Shown piece by piece: positions 53,850 to 64,000 of a DNA stretch of 64,000 bases. Below the pieces are notes generated by a model. It made no database searches. It saw nothing but the letters and a program-made list of their open reading frames with translations, and was not told where the DNA came from. Numbering within the stretch: position 1 is the first letter of the stretch; every line of letters begins with the position of its first letter. A program made the position numbers and the translations under genes. The DNA is from Raillietiella orientalis. Lineage: Eukaryota. The stretch covers positions 248,001-312,000 of the forward strand of contig JAYWIR010000026.1 of NCBI GenBank assembly GCA_036172245.1, given 5' to 3'.

Positions 53850-54860
53850 AGCAGGAGGAAGTCTTAGGTGACCCGCTCGAAAATTCGGGAACCCACGCGA
53901 TTCATAGGAGCAGCGGCTGCCAATAGTCTCTGGAGGTCCTTTGATCTGGTCTGTAAATAAAATGAAGGCTGTCGGCCGCACGGAGCCACGGTAAAGAGTG
54001 GCGGCTGCCTCTTTGTTTCCCCAAGGCTTCACGTGGCACAAGGAGTACGTCGCAGACCGCACCGGTGGTTGGTCGGCAGAGCGGCCGAGTGTTTCTCTTC
54101 CGGGAAGGATATATATGTAAACATATCCTTCCCAGGAGTGGTTCAGGATTCCAGTAAAAGGCGAGGCACTTCGCTATCAGTTGCGTCTCGAGAGCTGAAG
54201 GGCTGCGTGGGCTGAACTTTGTGCTTTCCTCTAATTGAGAAACGTCATGATGGAGACAGAATCAAAGATCCTTAATTTTTATTCTCTTCTGAATGTTTCC
54301 ATTATGTAAGGGGGGAAAGGTCGAGGGGAATTCTCCAACATTTCCACCGCCTCCCTCATCGGCCGAGGGCACCATCCATGCGAGGAGGAGGAGGACGTGG
54401 AAGGGAGGGAACAGACCTCTCCAGCCGTGGTCCCACGCAAAGGTTCCAGACGCTGCTCCGAGAGAGCCGGGACCCCCCAACTCTTCCTGGCGCGTTCCTC
54501 CTGGTGCCCTCTTGGCACCGACGATTCTCTGCGTTCTCGGCTGTCGAGAGCCCTGGGTCGAGTGCTCTCGAGCAGATGCAGCGACTCCTTCGGCCGAGGG
54601 ATGGAGAGGTGGTCATCCTGTTTTTGCCTCGCTTCGTCTAGCCATGCCTTAGAGAGAGGAAAGGTCATGTTTCCGTCGGCATCTTCTTCCCCCAAAGTCA
54701 TCAGAGGCTCTCTGTTGGCCGACGTCCGGTCCACTTCACGTTCATCCTTGGGCAATCTTGTGCGCCCGCTGTCCAGAGGCTCTTGATGGCGTGCCTGCTG
54801 AACTTCCCTGCGACGTCACCGAGCACGAACTTTCTGTCTTCTGGAGGTGTCGATCAAAAT
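53850..54860 (-). mobile_element. Possible Ty3/gypsy pol remnant
   Basis: QDDHLSI..SLHLL, KCLAFYW..LLGR and HVKPWGNKEAAATLYR in RT-RNaseH order; weak. Confidence 0.28.
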
Positions 54861-54861
54861 C

Positions 54862-55095
54862 CTGAAAGATCATAAAAAATAAATATGCATGATTATTCCA
54901 TATATTAATATATACATATGGAGTTAAATGCTCATTATATATATTATTGTATACGTTCTTATTTAGATCAACATGTAAAAAACACATCGTCACTCATCGT
55001 TACATATCGTTATGTTAATAAATATTTATAAATTTGCATATGAATCCATATATGAATGCATACATTAATATATAGAATATCCGTGCATATTTATT
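54862..55095 (+). repeat. AT-rich repeat related to the 59-60 kb array
   Basis: AAGATCATAAAAAATAAATATG and TAGATCAACAT motifs. Confidence 0.55.
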
Positions 55096-55299
55096 TTTCG
55101 TGATCCCTTGGGATTCAAATCTATCGGAATTTCGGACCAAAGGCGTCTTCTGGATGTTTGGTGTCCGTTCGACAACGCACCAGCAACGTTCAACAGGGCG
55201 AGGGAATAGGAGGAAGAATGTAGCGAGGATGCTGTCTTCCTGCGGCCCTGACTTGGTGGTGGGCTGTCTTCGCTTCTGGAGCTCGAGAGACGACGCAGT

Positions 55300-57340
55300 G
55301 CCGCACGAGTTGACCATTCATCGGCATTACTCCGGACTGACGCGCAACGCAGCGTACCATTCAGCATTCGAGGGGCATCTGCTGGACCCGCAGATTCCGA
55401 CATTCTCTTCACCAGCCTTCCCGTTCCGCCTCCGGAGCCCGCAACACATGGCGCCAATCGAACCAGAGGAATTTCTCAACGCAGGGCAGGGCAGCTTGGC
55501 CAGAGTGGACAGAACCCCCCGCTTCTCCTATTTTGGACTTTCTTTTCATTTTGTATCAGCTGAACGTGTGGCGAGCCACTTATTTGGCGACATCGTATCA
55601 GACATTAAGCTGATAGGCATATTCAACTACTTTTTGGAAGCGGGCGAGGGTGCTTGGCGCATGTTGCCCCTCTGTGCCGCGGGCTGTCGCGGTGCTTCCG
55701 GGATGGGTCCGACGGCAACCCTTGCGTGGGAGAGACGGGATGCAGGGCAAGAAATCGTCCCTGAACTTCGTGGATGGTGCCTGAAGATGTGTTTTGTCCG
55801 TTGCAGGTGGCTGCCAATTAGCCTGTTTGATCCTTGGAGGCTCAGCCACGAGATAACCCAGATGCTGTTCCATACTGAGGTGGCCGCTGACGGAAGACAA
55901 AGAGTCCCATTTCTTATCTGGAAGACGATTTTCGAAGATCGAAAACACTACGCAACCACTGGGCTACTTCTGGACACCTCCAGCGGCCAGCGCTGATACA
56001 CTTTCGACCGCTATGAATTTTTTTCTTCTTTTCCGACGGTTCACAACAGAAACACAGATCCGTTCACCGGGAGGCTCGCGACGCGTCAGTTCGGCGCTGG
56101 CCGACAGCATGTCCAAACTCCTCCGAGGTGTCCGAGGTGTCTCCGTTCGATCGATTCGAAGCATTGTTGTGCATTGTTGGTTTTATTTTTAGTTCCAGGT
56201 GCCCCTTGGCGCACAGCCTTCTAGGCCGCGGTTGCCATGCCGGCGGGTGCGCGGCCCACGATTAATGAAACCCCCTTTTCGAAGTGCGAGGGGGGGGCGG
56301 GAAGCAGGGGGGCCGCAAGGGCCGCAGAGAAGGAGCTGCCGCGAAATTTCCGATTACTGAAAGGGAGTTCGCGTGAGCGCGTCTTCGGCTCGGAAACGTT
56401 CGCGGGCACTTTCGCCCGAGGGCACATTCGTTGCGGCCTCCTCCTCCAACACCAACGTATGCGAACCTTCCGCCCAGCAGCGAGCAGCAGCTCTTTTCTG
56501 CTTTCGAGAAGGGATGTGCTCGCCCAAGGCGGATTTCGATGGCTTGCGTGACTTTCGGTTCATCCCGCCGATTACGGGAAATTTATGGAAGAATCTTCTA
56601 GATGGAACCGTCAGCGGCGTTCAGGGTGGAGCCCTCCACGCGAAGACGAGGGATAACTTTTGATCCGTTTCCTTGCTCGAGACGAGGCCCGGTGGGCAAG
56701 GGCAGAATCTGGCTGTTGGAGCGCCGTTCACATCCCCATCAAACGGTGGAGAAAGTGGAGAGTCATGTTGAAAAGCAATGCCTCGAAGGGCTCCGACTGT
56801 GGATTCCATCTTTTATCCAGGATACAAAGTAAGGGAAAAAGTCATAGCAGTGCATTAATTTCCGAGTTCATCTCCGTCTGGAAAAGTGCGTCCTATAGGA
56901 ATGCTGACTCCCGGAGTCGCTCTGCATTCCCTGTGCTCGATATTGTGCTTAAGCTTCGTCTCTCTGCGGCGCTCTGTTCGAAAACCATCCATCACACTGC
57001 TTAGAGGCTGCCACCAGCCTTATGGCCGTTAAAAGGTGAGCCTTCTAACGGTGCAGCGGTCGCTCGAACTTCGAATGCATCCCGTAATTCCGGAAATGCA
57101 TTCGGGGGATGAAAAAATGAGGGTTCTTCGACTCCTGGTGTGCGGGAGCACTTGAGACAGCAGCCAAACCCACGCCCTCATGCTGCAAAACCGACGCGCA
57201 AAGTCGGTCCCTGAAGAAGTGTCGGAAATAGGAGTAATAAATTTAGTGCCACATCTATTGACATACCCAACAACTGACCATCAACGGACCATCCTCGCAA
57301 AGTGCCGGAGTTCAGCACAATACATTGCATTTGAAATTCT
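55300..57340 (+). mobile_element. Possible decayed LINE RT remnants of a different clade (RTE-X/CR1-like)
   Basis: FSYFGLSF, FCFREGMCS..NLWKNLLDG and RTILAKCRSS..AFE; weak. Confidence 0.25.
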
Positions 57341-57469
57341 AGAGAAGTGAAATACGGATGCGATTGCGTACCTCGACCATATGTTTATATATGCATGTAT
57401 ATGTATGAAGAAGGGAAAATGGGAAGAAGGGATGATGGAAATCCTTTTCTGCCTTCGCAGTTCTTCGAC

Positions 57470-58150
57470 ACGGTTCCACGCCGTGTCGTCCAGGGGTATT
57501 CTTCAAGATAGGGGATCCTCCGGGAGGGATCCGCCCTATGAATCCAGGAAGGATTCCTACGCCCGGGGAGGGATCCTTAGAAATGGAGTTCATCTCCAAC
57601 CTGGTTGTCTCCGAAGGGGAATCCCGAAGGGAATCTCCTTCCTCATTCTCTCCGGAGGACCCCAAGAGGATCTGCTTCATTCTTTCTTCTCTGGAGGAAA
57701 CCCGGAAAGGATCCAATCCTGGAATTTCTCCTCCGCAGGGATCCCCCGCAAGGGATCCGCTCCTGTTTTTACTCCTCTGAAGAGAGCCCAGAAGGGACGC
57801 TTCCGAAATTCAGAAGGACGCAGCTTCCCCGAAGGGATCGGCTCGCTTCTCTGTACTCTCTGGAGAGGTGGTGGCGACACATCCACTCCATCAGTCCGAC
57901 GCGGAGGGGTTCCACCCGGAGGGGGGATCCGCGCCTTCACAACCAGAGGGGAGCTCCCACTCCGTGATTCCTGGAAGGACCCGGAGGTCGACTCCCATTT
58001 GCCCCGGCCCTCATCGAGGGGCATCCGCGTCATCTTGTGGGGTGAACTCGGGACCCACGGCGCACTGCGTCGATTCCCTCGGAGTATTCGAACCCACGAC
58101 GTTTGGTGCCACGCGTGGAGGCCACCGTAACCACACGGCCTCCGACGCGG
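57470..58150 (-). mobile_element. Second tRNA-headed copy of the SINE-like family
   Basis: Reverse strand: AGGCCGTGTGG (A-box-like, 58131-58141), GTGGCACCAAACGTCGTGGGTTCGAAT (B-box), body GGAGAGAATGAGGAAGGAGAT..CCCCTTCGGAGACAACCAGG, end CCCCTATCTTGAAGA. Confidence 0.75.
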
Positions 58151-58399
58151 GTTAATTTATTAGTATGTATGATGTACGTATGAAAACCCTAACAGAAGCA
58201 TTCATGTTTTCATCCCTTTTAAACTTGTTTCGAATGGTCGACATTTATTTATTTTATCGACAACACCGACAGTGTCGGTATTTATTTGTTTTACCTATTG
58301 TACTGTCATTCACCTGCAAATGCATCTTCGATTTTCGCATTAGGTGGCACTCTATTTCCGAAACTTGTCCTCATTTGATCTGCATCATTTTTGGATGGC

Positions 58400-58980
58400 G
58401 GGCGTCCGTTCCTTCAGCAGGCACCCACTTGTGGGACAACCCATCTTTGCTCTCCTTCTGTTTAGCCCACGCGGCGAGGTGAGGGAAAGCACCCCGCGTA
58501 GGGGCAGGCCATGGAAGGCGTGGACCCCGATGCGCTCGGTGTTCCAGAATTCTCGTGGGCGTCGTAGGACGGGAAAGATCCCGCGTCCGGTTACGTCACT
58601 CTCTCACTCTTCTCGTGCCGGGGGCCTCCCCGACCTCGCGGTGGTCGCCTCCAAACAGCCGACGCTGCGCAGCCTCTCGACGTGAGCAAAAGGTCCTCTC
58701 GGAACGGGTGGGGAAGAAGGAGGGATGGGGCTGGCGAAGAGGGAAGGGCGGAGCCGGCTTCATGGGGATGCACGCGGACCCGCTGGTGCGAGGACGGATG
58801 GGTCGGCACAGAGGACGAAGATCTGAACCCGGGCCACGCTTGCCCCATTCCGAGGGAAGCTGACGGGGTGCCCAGGCGCTGGCGGCATCGGAGGCCAAGG
58901 GCCTCCACCTCCGCGGCGGGAGTAGGGCCTGGGTAGTGCTCCTTTCTGTCCCCACAAGCCTGTGATATTCTCCTGTCATC
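58400..58980 (-). mobile_element. Possible L1/Tx1-like post-RT remnant
   Basis: QLPSEWGKRGP..L resembles LPxxxGGLG; weak. Confidence 0.25.
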
Positions 58981-59014
58981 CGATGCGATCAAAATCCCGA
59001 AAGGTCGTAAGAGA

Positions 59015-60110
59015 TGTTAATTACATATAATAAGCATATATACTTATTTGTAGTAGTAGTTTTTAGTGTGTATACATGCAGATATATCAACGCATATAGA
59101 TAGATAAATAGATGAATAGTGTAATCAGCATATGTGCTTATTACACATATTCATATATAAATTTATATAAAGATTAATACATGGATAAATATATATCATG
59201 AAGATTATAAAAAATAATTATTCTACATAGATTAACATACAAATTTATTCTGATAAGCATAGTTATCCACATTTATTAACGTACATATTATTAACAGTGA
59301 CATCACTGGAAAAAATATATTGCATATGTGGAGTAATATGTATATTTTTTTAAGACTATAAAAAATACTTATGAATGTTTATTAAGTACAGTAACATATA
59401 TATTTATATATATAGGTCAATATAGAAATTTATTTTGACATACATATGCAGTAACATTTATTGACGTACACATTAATAATATTAACATTATTTTAATGAA
59501 TATTTATTTATATTTATTGGCACACATATTATTAATATAATCAATAATGTATTTGTTATATATGCACACATATATTTGTGTACAGACTAATATATTTGAT
59601 AAGGATTCTAAAAAATGAATATGTGTCTATTATGTATATTGATGTAGATATTTATACCTAGATCAACATACAAATTTATTTTAACATACTTATTTATTAA
59701 TAAAGTGAATGTTGTGTATTCATATAGGTATCGAATATTGTAAAAATTACTTATATATGTTTATTGTGCATTTTAATATATATGAAATGAATGTACGAAT
59801 ATCGAATCATAGACATGCATATTTATCAAAAGATGAAAGGCCTAAACGATCTAAATCTTTAGTATATATATAGTAACAATATATCTATTGTGAATTATAT
59901 TAATAACGTGTGTATATATTTATAAATATAAATTAATATGTATGTTAAAATAAATTTGCCTATTTATCTATATATAAATACATATGTTATCATACATAAT
60001 AAGCACATATATTTGCTTATTATAAGTCTCATAATATTCGTTAACTTACACATTAATCTATCTATAAATACAAATGCTGATATATATAATGAACACACGT
60101 ACTTATTTTT
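59015..60110. repeat. Very AT-rich degenerate tandem array (irregular ~150-250 bp units)
   Basis: AAGAxTATAAAAAAT-like motifs at 59201, 59352 and ~59602; TAGxTxAAxATAxAAATTTATT at 59228, 59413 and ~59659; ACATTTATTxACGTACA at 59269 and 59454. Confidence 0.8.
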
Positions 60111-61204
60111 AGGGTTCGGAATTTCAAACCCAGCTCCATCCAATGTTGCAGGCTGCGCTCTCTCTTTTCCTTTCTTCTCTTACTTTGCACGGACGTGGTC
60201 CGCTCCATGTGGAGGTCAGAAAATTGACCTCTTCTTTCGGTTTGGTACCCCTGGTTTTGAGAATATGGTAGCCTCCTTCCGTATAGTGCAGATGCGCACG
60301 ACGCGAACTGAAAATGGACGCGCTCTCGTATGACGCGCTGAAGATCGGCCCCGCACGACTCTGTGGCTAAGTTTAAATTTTGTGGCAAAGCGTCAGCTCA
60401 GATGTTTTTTTTTTTTTTTTTCTTTTAAATAAAGTGAAATAAAAAGCATACATACACAGGACACATGGGACGGACACACGGTGGATTTCCTGGTGAGTGA
60501 AATAGGGCAAGAAATGAATTTTTCGAGTAACGAGGACGATGGAGGTGTGGAACTGTTTCAACTGATCAACAAAATTCAGAAGTTTTTCTTTTTTCTTTGT
60601 TTACGTTGAGATGAATGGTAAATGAACTTTCTTTTTGCTCCAAAGTGAAATTATGAATATGCCAACGTTATTTTGAGATACAGTTTCCTTCTATTTTTGC
60701 AAATAGCACCATTGCAGAAGTATCCGTGCGCGTAGGGCTCGTATACCCCGAACGCATCTTCTACTGTGCCGCGTTTTGTCAGGAAGCATCAGTTCAGAGC
60801 TCTTGCAAGCCGTCCTGAACGTTGAAGAGAGAGGAACGATTTGTCCACGGATGCATGCGGCATCCATTTCACGCAAAGTTGCATCACGGAAGATCTCGTT
60901 CGAAGTCCGCTCCCCCGTGGCTGCAGCTCGGGCGCCGGTCGAAAGCCCCTCGCGACCCTCGATGCCTACGAAAGCATTCCTTTTCTTCCTTTTTCGGTTG
61001 CAAGAGCTCGGGCAGGAAGCCCTGAAGCCAGGGGCCAGGGTCTCTCCGAAGCTTGCAAGCCCGGCTCCGGCGTGGATTTACTGGATTCAAATGATGACCA
61101 CCCGGTCACGCAGGGGAGTTTCTTACAGCGCGCGTGGAAAGCGACCACGCGCGCTGAACCCGCCGAAGAGCGGTGTGCAGGCGGGCGAGGACCGCTTCCG
61201 CAGC

Positions 61205-63000
61205 TTGGGGGAGAGGGGAAACAAAAACAAAAAAAAAACGTAAACACGCAGAGCAGGGGAGGGGAAATTTTGCACGGGGTCGCAGCACCCTGCTCGGCGT
61301 CTTGTTCGTCCTGTTCAGGATACCGACACGTTGTGTCCGCATGGCGCCCGGACGGGGCCATCTCGAAACGGTCCGCGCCCAGTGGACGGCGTCTCTGCCA
61401 TTCCGGGCTCTTCTCCTGGAGTTCCAGCCCTCCACCATCCTGCGAACAGGACGGCAGAGGACTGCAAGGGACGCGGTCGGCGGCGGCGCAGGCGGAGAGG
61501 CGTTTGAAAATGTCCCTGGGAGGACAGGAATCCTAAGGTCGTCACGAGACAATCCCAAGAACGCCAGAGGGCAGCACAGTCCAACGACAGGTGCGAAAGG
61601 GTCTCCTCCCTACACCTGCCGCACTCTGAGAGCCCCATGTCCAGTGGTGAAGGCGCGCTTTGCATAGGATTCCCCCATGCAACGATAGCAACGCCGACTC
61701 CTGCCACTTGACAAGGGGAGGGTTGCACTGTTCCGGAACGCTGGGGGCCACTTCACCTTCACTGGAGGGATGTCGAGCAGCTCCCTCCCTGAGTACAAGT
61801 CCGTGGGGTGGGGTAATCGGGGTAGCAGCGTCCGTCACTTTGCGAGGTGTCCTCGTCCCCAGAATTTTCGTTTTTGTTGCTGTGAAGAACCTTGCCGGGG
61901 TCACGCTGTCCCTTGCATTCCTTAGGAAGGACAGCACTGGGGCAAGGGGGTGGACGAGGGTCACCTCCATTCTGCGGGTTTCGGACTGCGAATGTTGGCG
62001 TCTCGCTGAAGGCAGCCGTACTCAACGCACCGTGGATCTTCCCCCAGGAGAAAACCGACTCCCTCCGATGTGGGATGCCTAGCAGGCGGTTGTGCTCTTC
62101 GCGAGGAGCCGTGCAGGCGCACACCGGGACCTGGTCCATGACCTCGCCTGCGAGGAAGAGTCTTCTGAACTGGAGCTGACGCTCCATCCTCTCCAGCGTA
62201 AGGAGGCCCGAGCTCAGGGCACCCAAGTTTTTGAGTCGGACTCGGGACCTCCCTGTGCCCCACAGCGCTCTTCTCAGGGGGTCCTCGGTCCTTTAGCGGA
62301 TTGTTGCTGGAATGGGGCAAACAAAATGTAGGGGGTGAAAAGGGGAGCCGCGAACACCGCAGTCTTTTTCGGCAAGCAGAACCTGCCGTTCTGGAATCGG
62401 CCGAGCGCCAGCTGCACTTTTTGGAGTGGGCCGGGCCGGGGTGCTGCTGCAACGCAGAAGTCCCCCAACGCCAGGGTGCTTGAAATACCCGCCCGTGGGG
62501 ATCCCCAAGCGGATCCAGTCCGGCCCACGTCGCACCGACCGGCACCAAGGACGATTTCGCGTTGTTCGCTTCCCGTCCCGTGGTTGAGCAACTCGAAGAA
62601 GCCTTCAGGTGCACACCCCTGCGGTAGTCATGGTGAGGAGCAGCAGAAGATCGTCCGCGTAAGCCGACACGGCGGGCGTGCCCGGACACGACCTCGACAG
62701 GGCTGCCAGAGTCTTCCTGTATGCTCTCAGAACCAACTCGAAGTAGATGCTGAAGAGCAGGGATCTCCGACTGCCACCCTGCCTTATGCCGCGACGAACG
62801 GGCACGCCGCACACGTGCCGACCGCTGAAATTAATATTAATAAACGCGAGGCGCCAGCAGGAGCTCAGGTAGGAAAGGAAGACGGCGGAAAATCCCATGC
62901 GTTCCAGAAGCTCCAGAAGGAGTTCCTGGTCGACGCAATAGTAAGCTTTACACAGATCGACAGCGACCGCGTCCGTTCCTCCTTGGTGGCCTTCCCCTTC
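61205..63000 (-). mobile_element. Best-preserved L1/Tx1-like LINE ORF2 remnant (RT to zf-RVT to 3' tail)
   Basis: VDLCKAYYCVDQELLLELLERMGF, RRGIRQG..LLFSIY, SAYADDLL, LHGGILCKARLHHWT and CGRCREETLSHLSLDC. Confidence 0.85.
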
Positions 63001-63164
63001 CTGATCAGAGGAGAATCCAGGATTCTCGTGACCCGTTGGCACAACCATTCGGGTGATGGGAATCCTTCTGTGTTCATCTGTTCTCGCTGCTTTCCTTTTC
63101 CTTCCTCTCTGTTTGTGGTTCGCCAAGTGCTGAAGAACCGCCCGCCTCCTCAAGTGGGAATTAA

Positions 63165-63570
63165 CCCTGCCCGCGCCACCCGGGGGTGCGTGTGGCTCAT
63201 CAATTTATAGGGGACGACTGCGTAGGGACCGCTCCTATGAATCCAAGAAGGTTGCGGGGGTAGGAGTCCTGTTTCTCTCACGCTTAGGAGGGAACCCTCG
63301 CCCTAGTTGTCTCCGGAAAGGATGCTCTCCCTTTTTCCTCTTCTGAGGGGGACCACGAAGGGACGCTCCCGGAAGGGCGCAGCGCCCTTCTCGCACTCTG
63401 GAGAGGCATCAACCAGCTCCATGGTGCGACCATATCCTCACAAGCGGGAGAGAGTTTCCTTGATGTTCTGGAAGGTCAGTTTCCAGATGCCGGCCACTCA
63501 GCGGAAACACCCGGGTGTTTCATGGGACTCGAAACCCACGAGGCCCCCCCCCATTTTAGGCGTCTCCTCG
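63165..63570 (-). mobile_element. Headless, internally deleted copy of the SINE-like family
   Basis: Reverse strand: CATGGAGCTGGTTGAT, TCCGGAGACAACTAGGGCGAGGGTTCCC, CCTTCTTGGATTCATA and CCCCTATAAATTGATGAGCCACACGCACCCCCGGGTGGCGC. Confidence 0.72.
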
Positions 63571-64000
63571 CTCGTTCTGGGGAGTCGGCGAAAAATCCCA
63601 AACGGTGCCATGGCGCTTCCCCCTACGATGAAGACATTGCTGCGCGTCAAGTCGCCGGCAAGGGCGGTACCCGAGATTCCTCCGAGCAGCGGGCAGTCCA
63701 TCCTCTGAAAGAGGTGGACGGGGAATGCTGCCCGTGGACCCGGCGACCGTCCTTTGTCGGATGGGGAATTTTTCGCTCAAACAGGAAAGCGGGGCAGGAG
63801 CGAGCCTTTGAAAGGCTGCCACGCTGCTGCTTGACGTGACCGCTAACGCGCATGAAGACTTCCTCCGAGGGAAACGTCAAAATTAATGGGAAAAGAGGCG
63901 ACAGACGCTCGGTCTGCGTTCTGCAGGCTGCTGGTGGGTGTTTGCGTTCTTTTTTATGAGGGATTTTGCTTTCCTTCTTCCTTTTCCTTTCTCCCAAAGT

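Noticed and set aside
63480..63700. APE endonuclease of the 61-63 kb LINE (FIVGG, IWKL)
   Set aside because: The IWKL segment lies inside the non-coding SINE-like copy, and the remaining similarity is too short.

Overview
Eukaryotic (invertebrate-animal-like) genomic DNA, not prokaryotic: it has spliceosomal GT-AG introns, many only 37-50 nt long. The window has two compartments. (1) An AT-rich, CpG-poor core (~29.3-46 kb) holds an Air1/ZCCHC7-type five-zinc-knuckle gene (4 exons, 877 aa), tRNA-His(GTG) in a small GC island, and an 11-exon mitochondrial dihydrolipoamide dehydrogenase gene (514 aa). (2) GC/CpG-rich flanks are a graveyard of decayed retroelements: two Utopia/NeSL-like REL non-LTR remnants, at least six L1/Tx1-like LINE fragments, and weaker Ty3/gypsy and BEL/Pao traces. 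These flanks also carry a 9-exon secreted pepsin-fold gene with both catalytic motifs altered and an intronless RING-H2 gene. The best novelty candidates are a ~740-bp tRNA-headed SINE-like family (5 copies) with a conserved 3' hairpin preceded by a hammerhead-like TTGA(A/T)GA motif, a perfect 251-bp inverted repeat inside diverged tail-to-tail paralogues, and the pepsin pseudoenzyme. Everything was read by eye with no database search. Transposon boundaries are approximate, and I cannot confirm a new biological system from the sequence alone.
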